The position numbers were made by a program, and so were the translations under genes. A stretch of 63,340 bases of DNA, filler included, from Aduncisulcus paluster (lineage: Eukaryota): NCBI GenBank assembly GCA_024181965.1. It is 6 parts of 6 records of this genome, joined end to end, with 100 filler letters (N's around TTAATTAATTAA, not from the genome) between each part and the next. Parts side by side here need not be neighbours in the genome. Positions count along the whole stretch, not along the records: positions 9,171 to 28,138 come from BQXS01012665.1; 5 more parts are not named here. The stretch is one strand, 5' to 3'. Below the pieces are notes generated by a model. It saw only the letters and a program-made list of their open reading frames with translations. It was not told the origin of the DNA and ran no database searches. Shown piece by piece: positions 12,262 to 23,231 of the stretch. Each line of letters opens with the position of its first letter. Position 1 is the stretch's first letter.

Positions 12262-13989
12262 TTATTCTGTCAATTCGTCAAGTTCTTTTCTTATTTCTTC
12301 TAAATTTGAAGAAATACTATCAAGTCTTATCGTTAATTCCTTCCTCTTCTTACTCCTGCTCTTGTAGTTCGTAGCGCGTTCAATATGCTCAGAGCTAGGC
12401 GTGTAGATCTTCTCGGGTCTCACATGGGGGTGGCGAGGTTTCTTGGGAGATTTATGGCTTGATTTCTTGGGAAGATATACATAAGTTTGTGAGGCTTTAT
12501 CGTAATAAACAGCTCTTTCTATGAATTTACAAGAGCATGATTCCTTTGCAAACTCTCCAACCTGTTTAGAGGAAGATAACTTAATGCAAATATCGGTTGA
12601 GCCGGCATTTTCACCGGTCTGGATCAACTCGCTAGGTATCTTATCATCAACATATATATGCTTTAGACATTCTTGGACATGTCTGTTTTCAAAAGCCATT
12701 GCAATTAATATATATTTGGCGATTTTAACAGCGTTTCGTGGCTTTCCACTCGAACTGGTTGCATTTGAAGCATAATATTTCTTCTCCACTCTTAACCAAA
12801 CATCTTTCGATGATTTGCATGCCAATTCCTTGAAACTATCATACGAAGTCTCCTCCTCTCCGCTTTCTGACCTAGATGATTCAGAACCACGATCATCATC
12901 ACTACTGCTCTCTTCATAACTACCTGAATATTCGTTGTCTTTGTCACGTGAGGAATGTAAATCATCATATCTATCTTTAGAAGTAGAGCGAGACCTTGAA
13001 GCAGATCGAGAATATGAAGGAGGAGATCTTGAAGCTGAACGAGATCGAGAGACAGATCCTCCACCACCTCTCCTATCTTTGCCCTTAGTCTCACTCCTTC
13101 TTCCTTTTGCAGCTGTAGACTTAGGAGAGGCCACTTTATCTCTCTCGGAGGCGACAAAATTAATGTAGAAAGTGCTTGTCTTGCCTTCAAGGGTAGAAAA
13201 TGAAATTGGAATCGGTTTCATCCTTAAACTCTTGTCTCTAGACTGGGAATGTCTGAAAGCTATTTGGAACGTCCCAGGTTCACTATGTTTGGGGAAAGAA
13301 CGCGCTGAAAATATCGAAATCATGCCAATTTTGGAACATTCGTGATATAGAACATAAACGGGGATTCCTTTGTCATATTTAACATATATTTTATCAGAAT
13401 CTTTAATAGATGAGTATCCACGACATCTTGGGAATATTTGAGACGTAGAGAAATAATTGGTGACGTGAGTGGCAATTTCAATGTCAAGCCTGGAAGAACA
13501 AGTAATAAGAGCTCCTTGCTTGTCAGTTTTGGGTTTTTTAGATTGAGAGACACCCAAATATTCAAGGGTATTCGGTTTTTCACCATCATCTACCGAGGAA
13601 CAAAAATCTTTCTCAATGCCTGCCTTTTTGGAAGAATAAGACGGAATATTAGCTTTTTTCATATCTAAAGGGATATTTCTAGCCATTAATGGAGGTAATT
13701 TTTCATCAGGATCCGTTAATTTCTTAAAATCTGCCTTGTTCATTGGTCCAAGACAGATACAAACATCAGGAGACACTGGTTTACAAGTTTCGAAAGGAGC
13801 TTCTTGATAAGTATAATGATAATCGTCGTAAATACCTGTTAGGTCATCTTCATCACCACGAATGGTGAGAATAGCAGAGTTTTGACCCATAATGACACTC
13901 TCGACAATAGACACAGCTTTGTTTTTGCTAATTTTTTTGGAATTTACATCATTAATTCCAATAATGAGTAAATATTGTGAATTGGACAT
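12262..13989 (-). CDS. Orphan protein, paralog of 15829..18471 (globular N-domain, RS/acidic linker, C-terminal coil)
   Basis: 575-aa ORF with colinear motif matches to the 15829 ORF. Confidence 0.85.
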   Translation of the reverse strand: MSNSQYLLIIGINDVNSKKISKNKAVSIVESVIMGQNSAILTIRGDEDDLTGIYDDYHYTYQEAPFETCKPVSPDVCICLGPMNKADFKKLTDPDEKLPPLMARNIPLDMKKANIPSYSSKKAGIEKDFCSSVDDGEKPNTLEYLGVSQSKKPKTDKQGALITCSSRLDIEIATHVTNYFSTSQIFPRCRGYSSIKDSDKIYVKYDKGIPVYVLYHECSKIGMISIFSARSFPKHSEPGTFQIAFRHSQSRDKSLRMKPIPISFSTLEGKTSTFYINFVASERDKVASPKSTAAKGRRSETKGKDRRGGGGSVSRSRSASRSPPSYSRSASRSRSTSKDRYDDLHSSRDKDNEYSGSYEESSSDDDRGSESSRSESGEEETSYDSFKELACKSSKDVWLRVEKKYYASNATSSSGKPRNAVKIAKYILIAMAFENRHVQECLKHIYVDDKIPSELIQTGENAGSTDICIKLSSSKQVGEFAKESCSCKFIERAVYYDKASQTYVYLPKKSSHKSPKKPRHPHVRPEKIYTPSSEHIERATNYKSRSKKRKELTIRLDSISSNLEEIRKELDELTE

Positions 13990-14454
13990 TTTATCCTGTC
14001 AAGAAAACAAGTCTTTGTCCGTGCCTCAACATCCTCAGAGTAGATCACAGGCCATTTGTATAAATCAAAATATTAATTGATTCAAAAAATGTTTAAAATC
14101 ATATTGAGGCGATGGAAACATTTTATTTAGTGACAATATGCCAGCAACTACGGCAAAATTGATTCGACTTCAAAAAGAATTCCTCACCAATCAGAAATTA
14201 ACTAAAATCGAGTCATGACTCCAATATTAAGATGCAATATAAGCAATATCGACGATAGAAAACACTATAGTTTCATTGATTATGTGGAATACTGAATAAA
14301 ATATGTTTTGCCAGAAATGATTAACATCAAAAAAAAAGGTGGTTTTAATTAAATATCCTTTTAATAAATGTTTCAAAATGAATGATATTGGATGTGATAG
14401 CGAATATTTCCGTTCGATAATGAGCTATAATAATAATAAAATGTTGATTGAAAA

Positions 14455-15498
14455 TCACCATCTAAAGCTCTTTCTTTTTCTTCCAGAATACTTACTATCC
14501 GATGTAACCTCTCTCCCTTGTTCCCTTTGTCTCTTTTTCTTTTGGAATTTCCACTCTTTTGAGCCCTTTTCAGGTGCCATTGAGCTTCCAGAAGATCTTC
14601 TTTTTCCTGTCCTCCCAGTCTGACGTTCGGTATGCATTTCAACTTGTCCTTCAACGGATAACTTGGGCTCAGGCAATTTAACGGCGTGGCTAGCAACACC
14701 AGCGAAGAGACAGAGGTAAGTTTTACGAGCTTTGGTGGAAGAAGGATAATCAGTCACAACTCCACCGGTAAAACCGGCATTACGAGCAGCGGCCATCATC
14801 ATTTCAAGCTGTTCATTATCCTTTGGGTATACCTGAAGCACGGCACGACCACCCATCGTTAGAGATTTATACAAGGACAGGAAAAAGCGTTTTAACCGTT
14901 GGAATGGGACTTCGGAAGTCGCATTTGAATAACATAACCACTGAACAGCGGAAATCGAAATAGCTCCATCGAAAACGCCAGTGGAAAAAGGAACTCCAGT
15001 TCCAATATCTAATTTCATTAAATCGCCTTTAACTGGGGCAGGATCTTCTCTTTCTTTTGCTATTCTAAGCATATCTTTTGAAATATCAACTCCTACCCAC
15101 ATGTGTCCGGCAGCATCAATCACTTCGCCAGAAAGGCCAGAGCCACAACCAATATCAAGAAGCATGCACGTTCTTTCAGGTAAGGCTAAAAGCTCAAGGG
15201 CTCTTTCTGCAAGATGATGCTGTACAACACGAATATGAGGGCTGTTAACAAAAATAATACACGCAAAGGAATGAAATAAGAATTGGGGGGAAAAATAAAG
15301 GACTCAATTAAAGTAAAAATTATAGTACATACTTTCTTGCATATTTTTTCGCCTCTTCTCCTTTGTAAAACTGATAAATGGAGTGATTAGATATGAAACG
15401 ATAAAATAAGCCTAATTTGCAAGCTCAACAAATAAGAAAATAAAAGTATAAGATAGTCATACAAGGTTTGGTGGTCCACTTTCTTCGGGCCTCTTCAT
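14455..15498 (-). CDS. BUD23: 18S rRNA m7G methyltransferase Bud23/WBSCR22, 3 exons
   Basis: Exons 15463-15498, 15333-15370, 14455-15241; introns 15371-15462 (GTATGA..CAG) and 15242-15332 (GTATGT..TTAACAG). Spliced product MKRPEESGPPNLFYKGEEAKKYARN..LLDIGCGSGLSG..ISISAVQWLC..SKYSGRKR. Confidence 0.95.
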
Positions 15499-15828
15499 TG
15501 CTGGCAAAAAGAGTGTGAAAAAATATAGCGTGAAATAGGATGAAAATCGGAAATATGATGGAATTATTATTTATGTTAAAATTTATAGGGCTTAAATAAT
15601 ACTATAAAAATATGTTGACATCATTATTTCCGCAAAGAGAAAGGACACAAATCTATCCGTCTGTTACAAGCAAATATGTGTAATAATAATTTTGTATTGA
15701 AATATCCTGTGACAATTCATTTTAAATATGGAAAAAGAAGTAACTTTACTACTGGGATAGTCTCTCTCTCCGACACTCCTCACATATTATGATTAATATT
15801 ATACATTTTGACACCGATTAATTTTAAA

Positions 15829-18471
15829 ATGAGTCAAACATATTGTCTAATTCTATATGGAGTTTCAAAACGGATGTATGATGAGTATTTTCGGAAATAT
15901 GAACCCCGTTATCACCAACCGGGTGTAATAGCTGCAGAAATGGCATTCGGAACCGAATCACATATTGTTATTCTCAAGTCTACAGATTATAAATTCTTAG
16001 CCCAACAGAGGCAAATATTTCATTTTCTACTCGTTGACCCATTAGTTACGTCCCTGAAGAATATTGCGCCAGATGTGATTATTTGCTCAGAAATAATGCC
16101 TTATGCTGAAAAAGTTAAGATATTTGGCCATGGAGAAGCTCTAAAGGTACCTGCACGTGCTATGACAACCACTGGAATTCCTCTACATCCTTTGGAAGGT
16201 CAGATCACTTCCAGTGGTGGTGGCTTATTTTCCAGCATCAAATCAGGATTTAAGTCTTTTTTTTATGCGTTTACACCCTTGAACCCATCAAACCCGAATG
16301 CTTTTGAGATATTTAATATTCAGCAGGCTCGAATTGCTATTCCTGCCGGGATGCAAGCCCAAGGCAAAAATGTGCCATACAATTTTTATTGTAAGACAAT
16401 ATATGGAACCATTACTGCCTATCATCTTATGAATTATTTCCCTGGCAGTTCAGTATCTCCAGAATGTGATAATCCTCGAGCAATATTACCCTCTCAAAAA
16501 ATCTCAGTAATCACAGATAAAAATGTTCCTGCTTATGTTGTGAGTTCAGAGTGTGCTAAAAGAGGAAGATTGGCTTATTTTAAACGAATTGATGATACTA
16601 GATATTCTGTTGCCTTTTCCAATCCACAAAAAGTTACGGACTGCCATAGAGAGGGATCTTTCAGGTTTCAATTCAATCAAGTACTTCACGGTCGCGTACA
16701 TCCTGCATCGACCTATAAACTAAAGTTCTCTTTCCCTCTTCCTGAGACTCCTCCCCCACCTGTACCATCTTCCTTGCCACCATCTTCCCATCATGATGAC
16801 CATTTTCATTATGGAGCTGATGTGAAGGAAAGAAGTGGTCATGCCAGACGTTCATCCCAAGATATCACATCCTCTCGTAAATCTGCCTCTGTTCTTCATG
16901 ACAAACAACTCACTTCTCACTCAGCTACAATCAGATTATCATCCCGTGACTCTTCTTTCGAGAGGGAGAGAGTGGGGGAAGAAAGGAAAGGAAAGAATGA
17001 AGGTGGAGCAGATCCGTGGAAGACCCATGCTTCTCGTCCTGAAGAGGGGTTTAGAGCTGACTCTGTAAGGATGGACACTCACAAACAATATGCTGGAGAC
17101 AACTATGATATTGATGGTTCGACACATGCTGTCAATAAGAAGGGAAGGAGCGGAAAGCACGGATCGAGTGGTGAGATTAAGATGAAAAGAAGGAAATCAT
17201 TAACAAGGAAGGAAGAAGAAGAAGAGGATGAGTACAGGCACGAAGAAGAAGTTCCCAACAAACATGCCGGCAAACGAGACGGTAAACGTGACGGTAAACG
17301 TGACGGCAGACATGACGGCAGACGTGACGGTAAAGACGAAGAAGAGGAATATCCAGTTGAGGATGAAAAACGTGACGAGTGGCCTGAAATCCGAGGTGAA
17401 GATGAACTTCTTGTTGGCATAAGGAAGAAATTCAGGGAGAAATTGAATTCTAGAAAACCGATAAAGGAGTATATAAAGAACTTTTTGAGAAAGTTAGATC
17501 CTGATGTCATTCCAAAGTTCACTGATGAAGATGGAAAAATGAGGATAAAAGTTGCCACAAAAGATGTTCCTGACGCCTGTTTTATTATTCATCAATTTAT
17601 TGATCATAAAAATGTCAAAGATTTTACCGATTATTTCTTGCTTGAGGAATGTGTGAAATTTGTCGTTTGGAAGTTGGATGGCGAGAATGTTGTGGTTAAT
17701 GGAAAGGATTTCAGGGCATCACATAAAAGAGGAGATGAAGCTCATCATCAACATCAACATCATGGAGGAACTCAACAACAACACGATCCTTACTGCCCAT
17801 CTGAAGATCATCCGCATCGAGGTACACAGTCTTCCGTTGCACCTGAGCATCACAGTCCAAGAGATCATCATCACAGTCCAAGAGATCATCAGCGTCACCA
17901 TCAGCAGTATACTTGCTCGGATCCCGTGGACTATGACGAAGAATCTTCTCCCTCCGCCGAGACTGAGAGTGACAGTGATATTATATCATGCTCTTCCACT
18001 AACTCTGCCCAATTGCAAGGGAACACGGATTCGTTCGACACACACGAAGTTGTAGGAAGATCTGGTCCTTCCAGTTTGTCTCAAACACACACAATGGATT
18101 ATCCAAACAGTGATGATCATCATTCGTCTGTGGACCCAACCAGTGGACATGAACATCGGGATACAACCACCAAGAAGCGTAGTAAGGGTAAGGGTAAACA
18201 AAGGGGCGGACGTAGCACAACACCTGAGAAAGTTGGGTCAGTATCAGTCGCTCGGGATGATCCTTCAAACCCAAGGAGAAGTAGAGGTAGAGAGATGGAG
18301 AGCGAATCTAACTCTCATCTGAGTGCTGAGTCTGGCCGAAAAATTGACGAGTATATTGGTGTTTTAGAGAAGAAACAAGCTGAGTATGATCGGAAAATTA
18401 AAGAATGTGAGGCTGAAAAGGAGGAGATTCAAAAGAAGATCGACGCTTTATCCCGATCTCTTGGCTATTAA
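15829..18471 (+). CDS. Orphan protein, paralog of 12262..13989; contains (RDGK)n and His-rich tracts
   Basis: About 880-aa ORF with first ATG at 15829; N-domain aligns by eye with the 12262 ORF. Confidence 0.85.
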   Translation: MSQTYCLILYGVSKRMYDEYFRKYEPRYHQPGVIAAEMAFGTESHIVILKSTDYKFLAQQRQIFHFLLVDPLVTSLKNIAPDVIICSEIMPYAEKVKIFGHGEALKVPARAMTTTGIPLHPLEGQITSSGGGLFSSIKSGFKSFFYAFTPLNPSNPNAFEIFNIQQARIAIPAGMQAQGKNVPYNFYCKTIYGTITAYHLMNYFPGSSVSPECDNPRAILPSQKISVITDKNVPAYVVSSECAKRGRLAYFKRIDDTRYSVAFSNPQKVTDCHREGSFRFQFNQVLHGRVHPASTYKLKFSFPLPETPPPPVPSSLPPSSHHDDHFHYGADVKERSGHARRSSQDITSSRKSASVLHDKQLTSHSATIRLSSRDSSFERERVGEERKGKNEGGADPWKTHASRPEEGFRADSVRMDTHKQYAGDNYDIDGSTHAVNKKGRSGKHGSSGEIKMKRRKSLTRKEEEEEDEYRHEEEVPNKHAGKRDGKRDGKRDGRHDGRRDGKDEEEEYPVEDEKRDEWPEIRGEDELLVGIRKKFREKLNSRKPIKEYIKNFLRKLDPDVIPKFTDEDGKMRIKVATKDVPDACFIIHQFIDHKNVKDFTDYFLLEECVKFVVWKLDGENVVVNGKDFRASHKRGDEAHHQHQHHGGTQQQHDPYCPSEDHPHRGTQSSVAPEHHSPRDHHHSPRDHQRHHQQYTCSDPVDYDEESSPSAETESDSDIISCSSTNSAQLQGNTDSFDTHEVVGRSGPSSLSQTHTMDYPNSDDHHSSVDPTSGHEHRDTTTKKRSKGKGKQRGGRSTTPEKVGSVSVARDDPSNPRRSRGREMESESNSHLSAESGRKIDEYIGVLEKKQAEYDRKIKECEAEKEEIQKKIDALSRSLGY

Positions 18472-19079
18472 ATCTCAGAATTGTCTTTTTTGTTTTGTTT
18501 TGTTTCAATTACTTTGAATTTTAGACTCCGGACTCCGAGTCAGAGTCTGAGATGATTCAACATAAGGTTGAACATTATCTCATTTGATTTTATTCTTGCT
18601 TTTTTGTTTTGTTTTATCTTGTAGACCCTACGATCTCGCCCCAAACATAGGGCTCTACAAATTATTATATGTAAATTATTCAATAATAATATGTAAATAA
18701 TACTATTATTCATTACTATTCCTCGGTATTCTACTTGTTTAGTGCTATGAACAACCCTATTGATATCTCACCTTCAAAAGAACTAACCAACTTGGTTACC
18801 ATTGAATGGTTAGAATAAATAAAAAAATAAAAAGAGTTTGAAATTTTCACGTAATCATTACTGTATTCTGATTATCCAATTATTATATGATCTGCTGCAG
18901 ATCATTGATCTGGAATTGGAGGGATATTTAGGTTGATGGTTGTTAGAGGATGTGCTGATAGTTCATCTTTGGAGTACTTCTCCTTCATAGTCATACGGTA
19001 TCATACCGCTATGATGAGTTACTATTTCTTCATGGTAGAGCTCAGACCTATGACGTCAGATCCTAATATTCCAAAGACA

Positions 19080-19854
19080 AGGAATAATCTTGTCAAAATC
19101 GATCCAAGACACCCATTTCCCACCAACAAACAGATCTCTGCGCACCATAAGCACAGCCTTGCTCACGTGGTGGACACTGACAGCCCCTGTAATCACCTTC
19201 AAGGACAGCCTCAAGCCACCTTGCATACTCAACACACTGGTCTGGCTGGAGGGAACGTTGGCAAGAGAGAAGAAAGAAAGAAGCCATGGCGATGTCTTGT
19301 TCCACCAACAAACGAGAAGGCTTTCAGCTCAATGAAGCATGGAGGTCCCAAACGAATGAGTTTGACATACCCAGGAATGTCTTCACGACGGCAATTCAGC
19401 TTCTTAATGACAGTGATTCGGATGGCTGTCCTCTCTTGACGGGTGGATAAAATGGACAGACTCTCGTTCAATCGGCGCCAGGCGTCAGTTTTGCCGACAT
19501 AGGGACGGTCGATTTCGGCTAATGTGTCCGGGTCAGCAGCGTCAACAGAGAGGTACAACTGGATGACAGGGGGCATGGCCTTGAGTTTCTCGGGGAGCTG
19601 GGAGTTCGAAACGAGGAATGTGCTCAACTTTCTGCGGTGTAGCTCGAGGATCAGTTCATTGATTTGAGGGTATAAAAGAGATTCACCGACAAGGAAGAGG
19701 GCGACATGACGGGCTTCATGGGCAGACTTCCACAAACTTCTTCGTCCAGTCCAGGAACTCCCCTCTTGGCATGGACGAGGGAACGCTAACCCTCAAGGAG
19801 TTTATCAACCAGGGGGACGGGGTCAAGATATTTCCACTCGAGCTTCCAGGCACA
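19080..19854 (-). pseudogene. TYW1: TYW1 (radical-SAM wyosine synthase) fragment, decayed
   Basis: TYW1-like segments in different frames: WKYLDP..KRGVPG, HVALFLVGESLLYPQINE, STFLVSN, QLYLSVDA, RTAIRIT, PCFIELK, LANVP, GGKWVSWIDFDK. In-frame TAG at 19786-19788, at least three frameshifts, no CxxxCxxC seen. Confidence 0.85.
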
Positions 19855-20580
19855 AATCGACAGAGTTATGGATTTTATGGTAGAGCTTTGACAAATGGAA
19901 TATGATAGATGCCCCACATCCAAAGACAATAAACACAAAGCACAAATCTCAGTATTAAATGTATCAAATGATCAGGATCTGGCATTGGAGTTAGAGTTGG
20001 AGTTGGATTTGACTGCGGGGAAATGTCATGTTCCATGAAGCATCAGGGGATTAGATTCGTAGCAGTATACATACACATGTATACCATTGTATTCCGAGTT
20101 CTTGATATTTTTGATTGTAAGCAAAAACAAGTGAAAATGAAACAGAAAGGCAAGGATAAGGATAGAAATGAAATGGAAATATATCCATGCTATTGAATAG
20201 CATTGAAATCGTTCATAAATGTTCTTAACACGTGAAATGGAACTATATCCAGTCCTGAGGGGTCTCCAAAAGCCTGAGATATCGAGAATAAACACCATGG
20301 CATGGAAATGAAAATAAAACATGTTTTTATCATTTATCAGCATTTAACTCGTTTATATGTGTTTTTATAATTTTCCAATCTTATCTATTGAAGGGTTGCT
20401 TGTTCAGTCTGTTGGCGGCTAAGCACCGATGTCCATTTTTTCTCGTCGTACAAGCAAATTGTATGTTTTCTATATGCCATATCTTTTATTAAATGTATAT
20501 TAAGAAATATTTTAACCGGATTCATTCATTATTCTGCTTGTTATTATATTTTTTAGATAAGAAATTCTATCTCTATTCAA

Positions 20581-21666
20581 ATGAGTTCATCCACAGATGC
20601 TGTTATTCAAACTGTGCAACCTGAGTTTGTTCATGAAGGACAACATTGGTGCTGTCCAATTTCTCGAGATTCCCCCAATATTAAGGGTGCAGCATTTCCA
20701 ACTATCAAAGCAATAGATGGAACTGAGGAAGTAGGTGATAAAAAGTACGATCAGAGTTCTAAAGCACAAGATATGATGAAAGGAGAGGATAATGGTGGAC
20801 AATATATTCATATCTCCATTCCCTTCTCTTCATCTTCCCCAATGAAAGGTGCTTATATCTGTCTAGATGGTTATCATTCTTCACCTCCATCACACCTTAT
20901 CTTCACTCTCACATCTTCAAAGGGTGATAAAACATCCAAGAAATACAAATTTCCTGAATTTAAAGGTTGGCGTTGGTATTTCCTTCCTGTTGATCTCCCT
21001 GATGTTGTTCTGTGTGAGATTACAGGGAAAGGAAGAGAGGAAGAGTATTTTGAAATCCGCTTCCTTGTTTTCATTAGTAGAGAAGAAACTCCTGAAGAAA
21101 TCACATCTCGTGAAGCCAGAGAGAAACTATGGTCTGAAGCTCAAGTTGTGAAACCAGAGTTTGTTAAGGTGGGAGGTATAGATTCTATTCCCATTCCACG
21201 AGATGATCCACATCTTGTAGATCCTTCATTCTCAATGGTTAAGTGCAAGGATGATTCGTATAGTAAGGAATCTAAGTATTATGATAAGAGTTCAGAAGCA
21301 CAAGAAATGTTGAAAGGTGAAGATAGTGTTATATTATCCCATCTTTCTATCCCTTTCCCATCACCTAGTCCTATGAAAGGTGCTTATATCTGTGTGAGTA
21401 ATTATAGTTCACCCTCTCTTCTCTTCACCTTCACTGATTGTGATGGCAAGAAGACCCTCAAGAAGTATAAATTCAGAAGACCTAAACAATACTATAAATG
21501 GGACTTTCTTCCTATTGATTTAGAAAATGTTGTATTGTGTGAGATTGAAGGGAAAGGAATGTGGTATAATAAGAATTGTCGAGGTTTCATAATCTACTCC
21601 CTTGTATTTACTATGCCCAAGGAAATCATTGCAGCTGAACGATTATCTCTACTTCCATGGAAATAA
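20581..21666 (+). CDS. Lineage-specific protein with two tandem ~170-aa domains
   Basis: Repeated motifs PEFV..PI.RD.P, YD.SS.AQ.M.KGED, SIPF.S.SPMKGAYIC, K.T.KKYKF, FLP.DL..VVLCEI.GKG. Confidence 0.85.
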   Translation: MSSSTDAVIQTVQPEFVHEGQHWCCPISRDSPNIKGAAFPTIKAIDGTEEVGDKKYDQSSKAQDMMKGEDNGGQYIHISIPFSSSSPMKGAYICLDGYHSSPPSHLIFTLTSSKGDKTSKKYKFPEFKGWRWYFLPVDLPDVVLCEITGKGREEEYFEIRFLVFISREETPEEITSREAREKLWSEAQVVKPEFVKVGGIDSIPIPRDDPHLVDPSFSMVKCKDDSYSKESKYYDKSSEAQEMLKGEDSVILSHLSIPFPSPSPMKGAYICVSNYSSPSLLFTFTDCDGKKTLKKYKFRRPKQYYKWDFLPIDLENVVLCEIEGKGMWYNKNCRGFIIYSLVFTMPKEIIAAERLSLLPWK

Positions 21667-23231
21667 TCCGATAATACTGATATTTTCTGCAAAGAAGGAC
21701 AATGTTCTTTTATTCCCTTGCGTCTGTCGCGTGTCAGTCTTCTCAGAAATAGTCGTTTGTCAGATGTCTGATATGAATGCACATGAGATTCTGATTCAGT
21801 ATACTATACTGAACATTGAGAGATAAAATGAAGCGATAAAACAAAACAATACGATACATTATCAGGCCATCTCGATCCATAAAAACGAAATTACCGATCA
21901 TTCTTCGTTATCGTTTCTTGATTCTTATTAATCATTGATATTGGACTCCCTATTTAGTAAACCAAATGCAATCCCGTCATTCTCTGCATCGGAGTCGTGG
22001 AGTCTATATCACTGAGAGAGACGAGCTCTGACAGTCTTTTGACAGAGCTCTGACAACTCAGCATCCATGGAATGTACATTCAATGTACATCGTCTATCAT
22101 CATATATCACCACTGGTGTTACTGGGCCAGTATTACTGACAGCAAAAAAAAATTATCGTAACAGCAACAGTAATTAATGGAACTGGATGATCGATTGGCC
22201 AGCGTCTGAGGCGGCAATCAGGCAGTGCTTGGGATCTAACTTATTTAAAATGGAATCCAATGAAAACCAAAATACAGAAGAATGTCACGAATTGGGATTT
22301 ATAGCATTCAAACCGATTAGAAAATTGGCGTACAAAGTCGTCCTATAAATAAATCTCCAAAACAAAGAAAGGGGAGAAACGCTGGAGAGAAGAGAAATCA
22401 AAAACACACTGTTGCTTCCGTTACAAACCACTGGGTTATTAAACCAGGTATATGGCGTACCAAAACGATGATATTATATCAATGATAGTCAGTAGATCAT
22501 CTATCACATGCATTTATATAACACATGAAAGACAGTAATACTGTATACATTTTCAAATTAGTTATTAAAAGGATTTCAAATATTCTCCGTATGTGTTGTT
22601 TTTGTTTGTTGTTGTTTGATGTTCTACTGTTATATAAAACAGAAGTTCTTAGCCTAAGAAACTACTAGTTTAGTAGACTAGTAGTAGTTTCCATTGGGGC
22701 TGCAAATTGACAGAATTGGTAAACATAATTGTTTGTTGGGAGTTCTAGAGGATGATTAGGCGCGTGTCAGCATTCAATAAAATCCATCAAAAACATTTTT
22801 GTCGTCAAGAACAAACCATCCTTTGTTTTGCTTCGAGTCCTCTTTGGGCACCCATTAGAGTGTTCATTGTCATATAATTTTTGTACATTTCGATCGGAAC
22901 AGTATGTTTTTATTGTTGTGTTATTCACGTTCCATTGTTAATCTTGATCGTGGAGATCGTTGATATTTTGTGAATATTTACAGATTTTTGTTGTATTCTA
23001 TTATGATTTATGACCCATTCTAATGCTTGATAATGTCGATCTGTTTGATCTGATTGTAGATCGTAAATCAACTCTTAAATTGAACCGACGCTTTGAGTTC
23101 ATTCCAATATTCGCCATAAATAACCCTGGAATACTCTATAATCAATCCAATCAAAGGTCTCTATAGAATAACTAGCAACTGCAACTCCACTCCGATATAT
23201 ATAGATATAAGACATATATTCACACATAAAG

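Noticed and set aside
19786..19788. In-frame TAG in TYW1 as evidence for stop-codon reassignment
   Set aside because: It accompanies multiple frameshifts, and intact genes here translate as long ORFs in the standard code.
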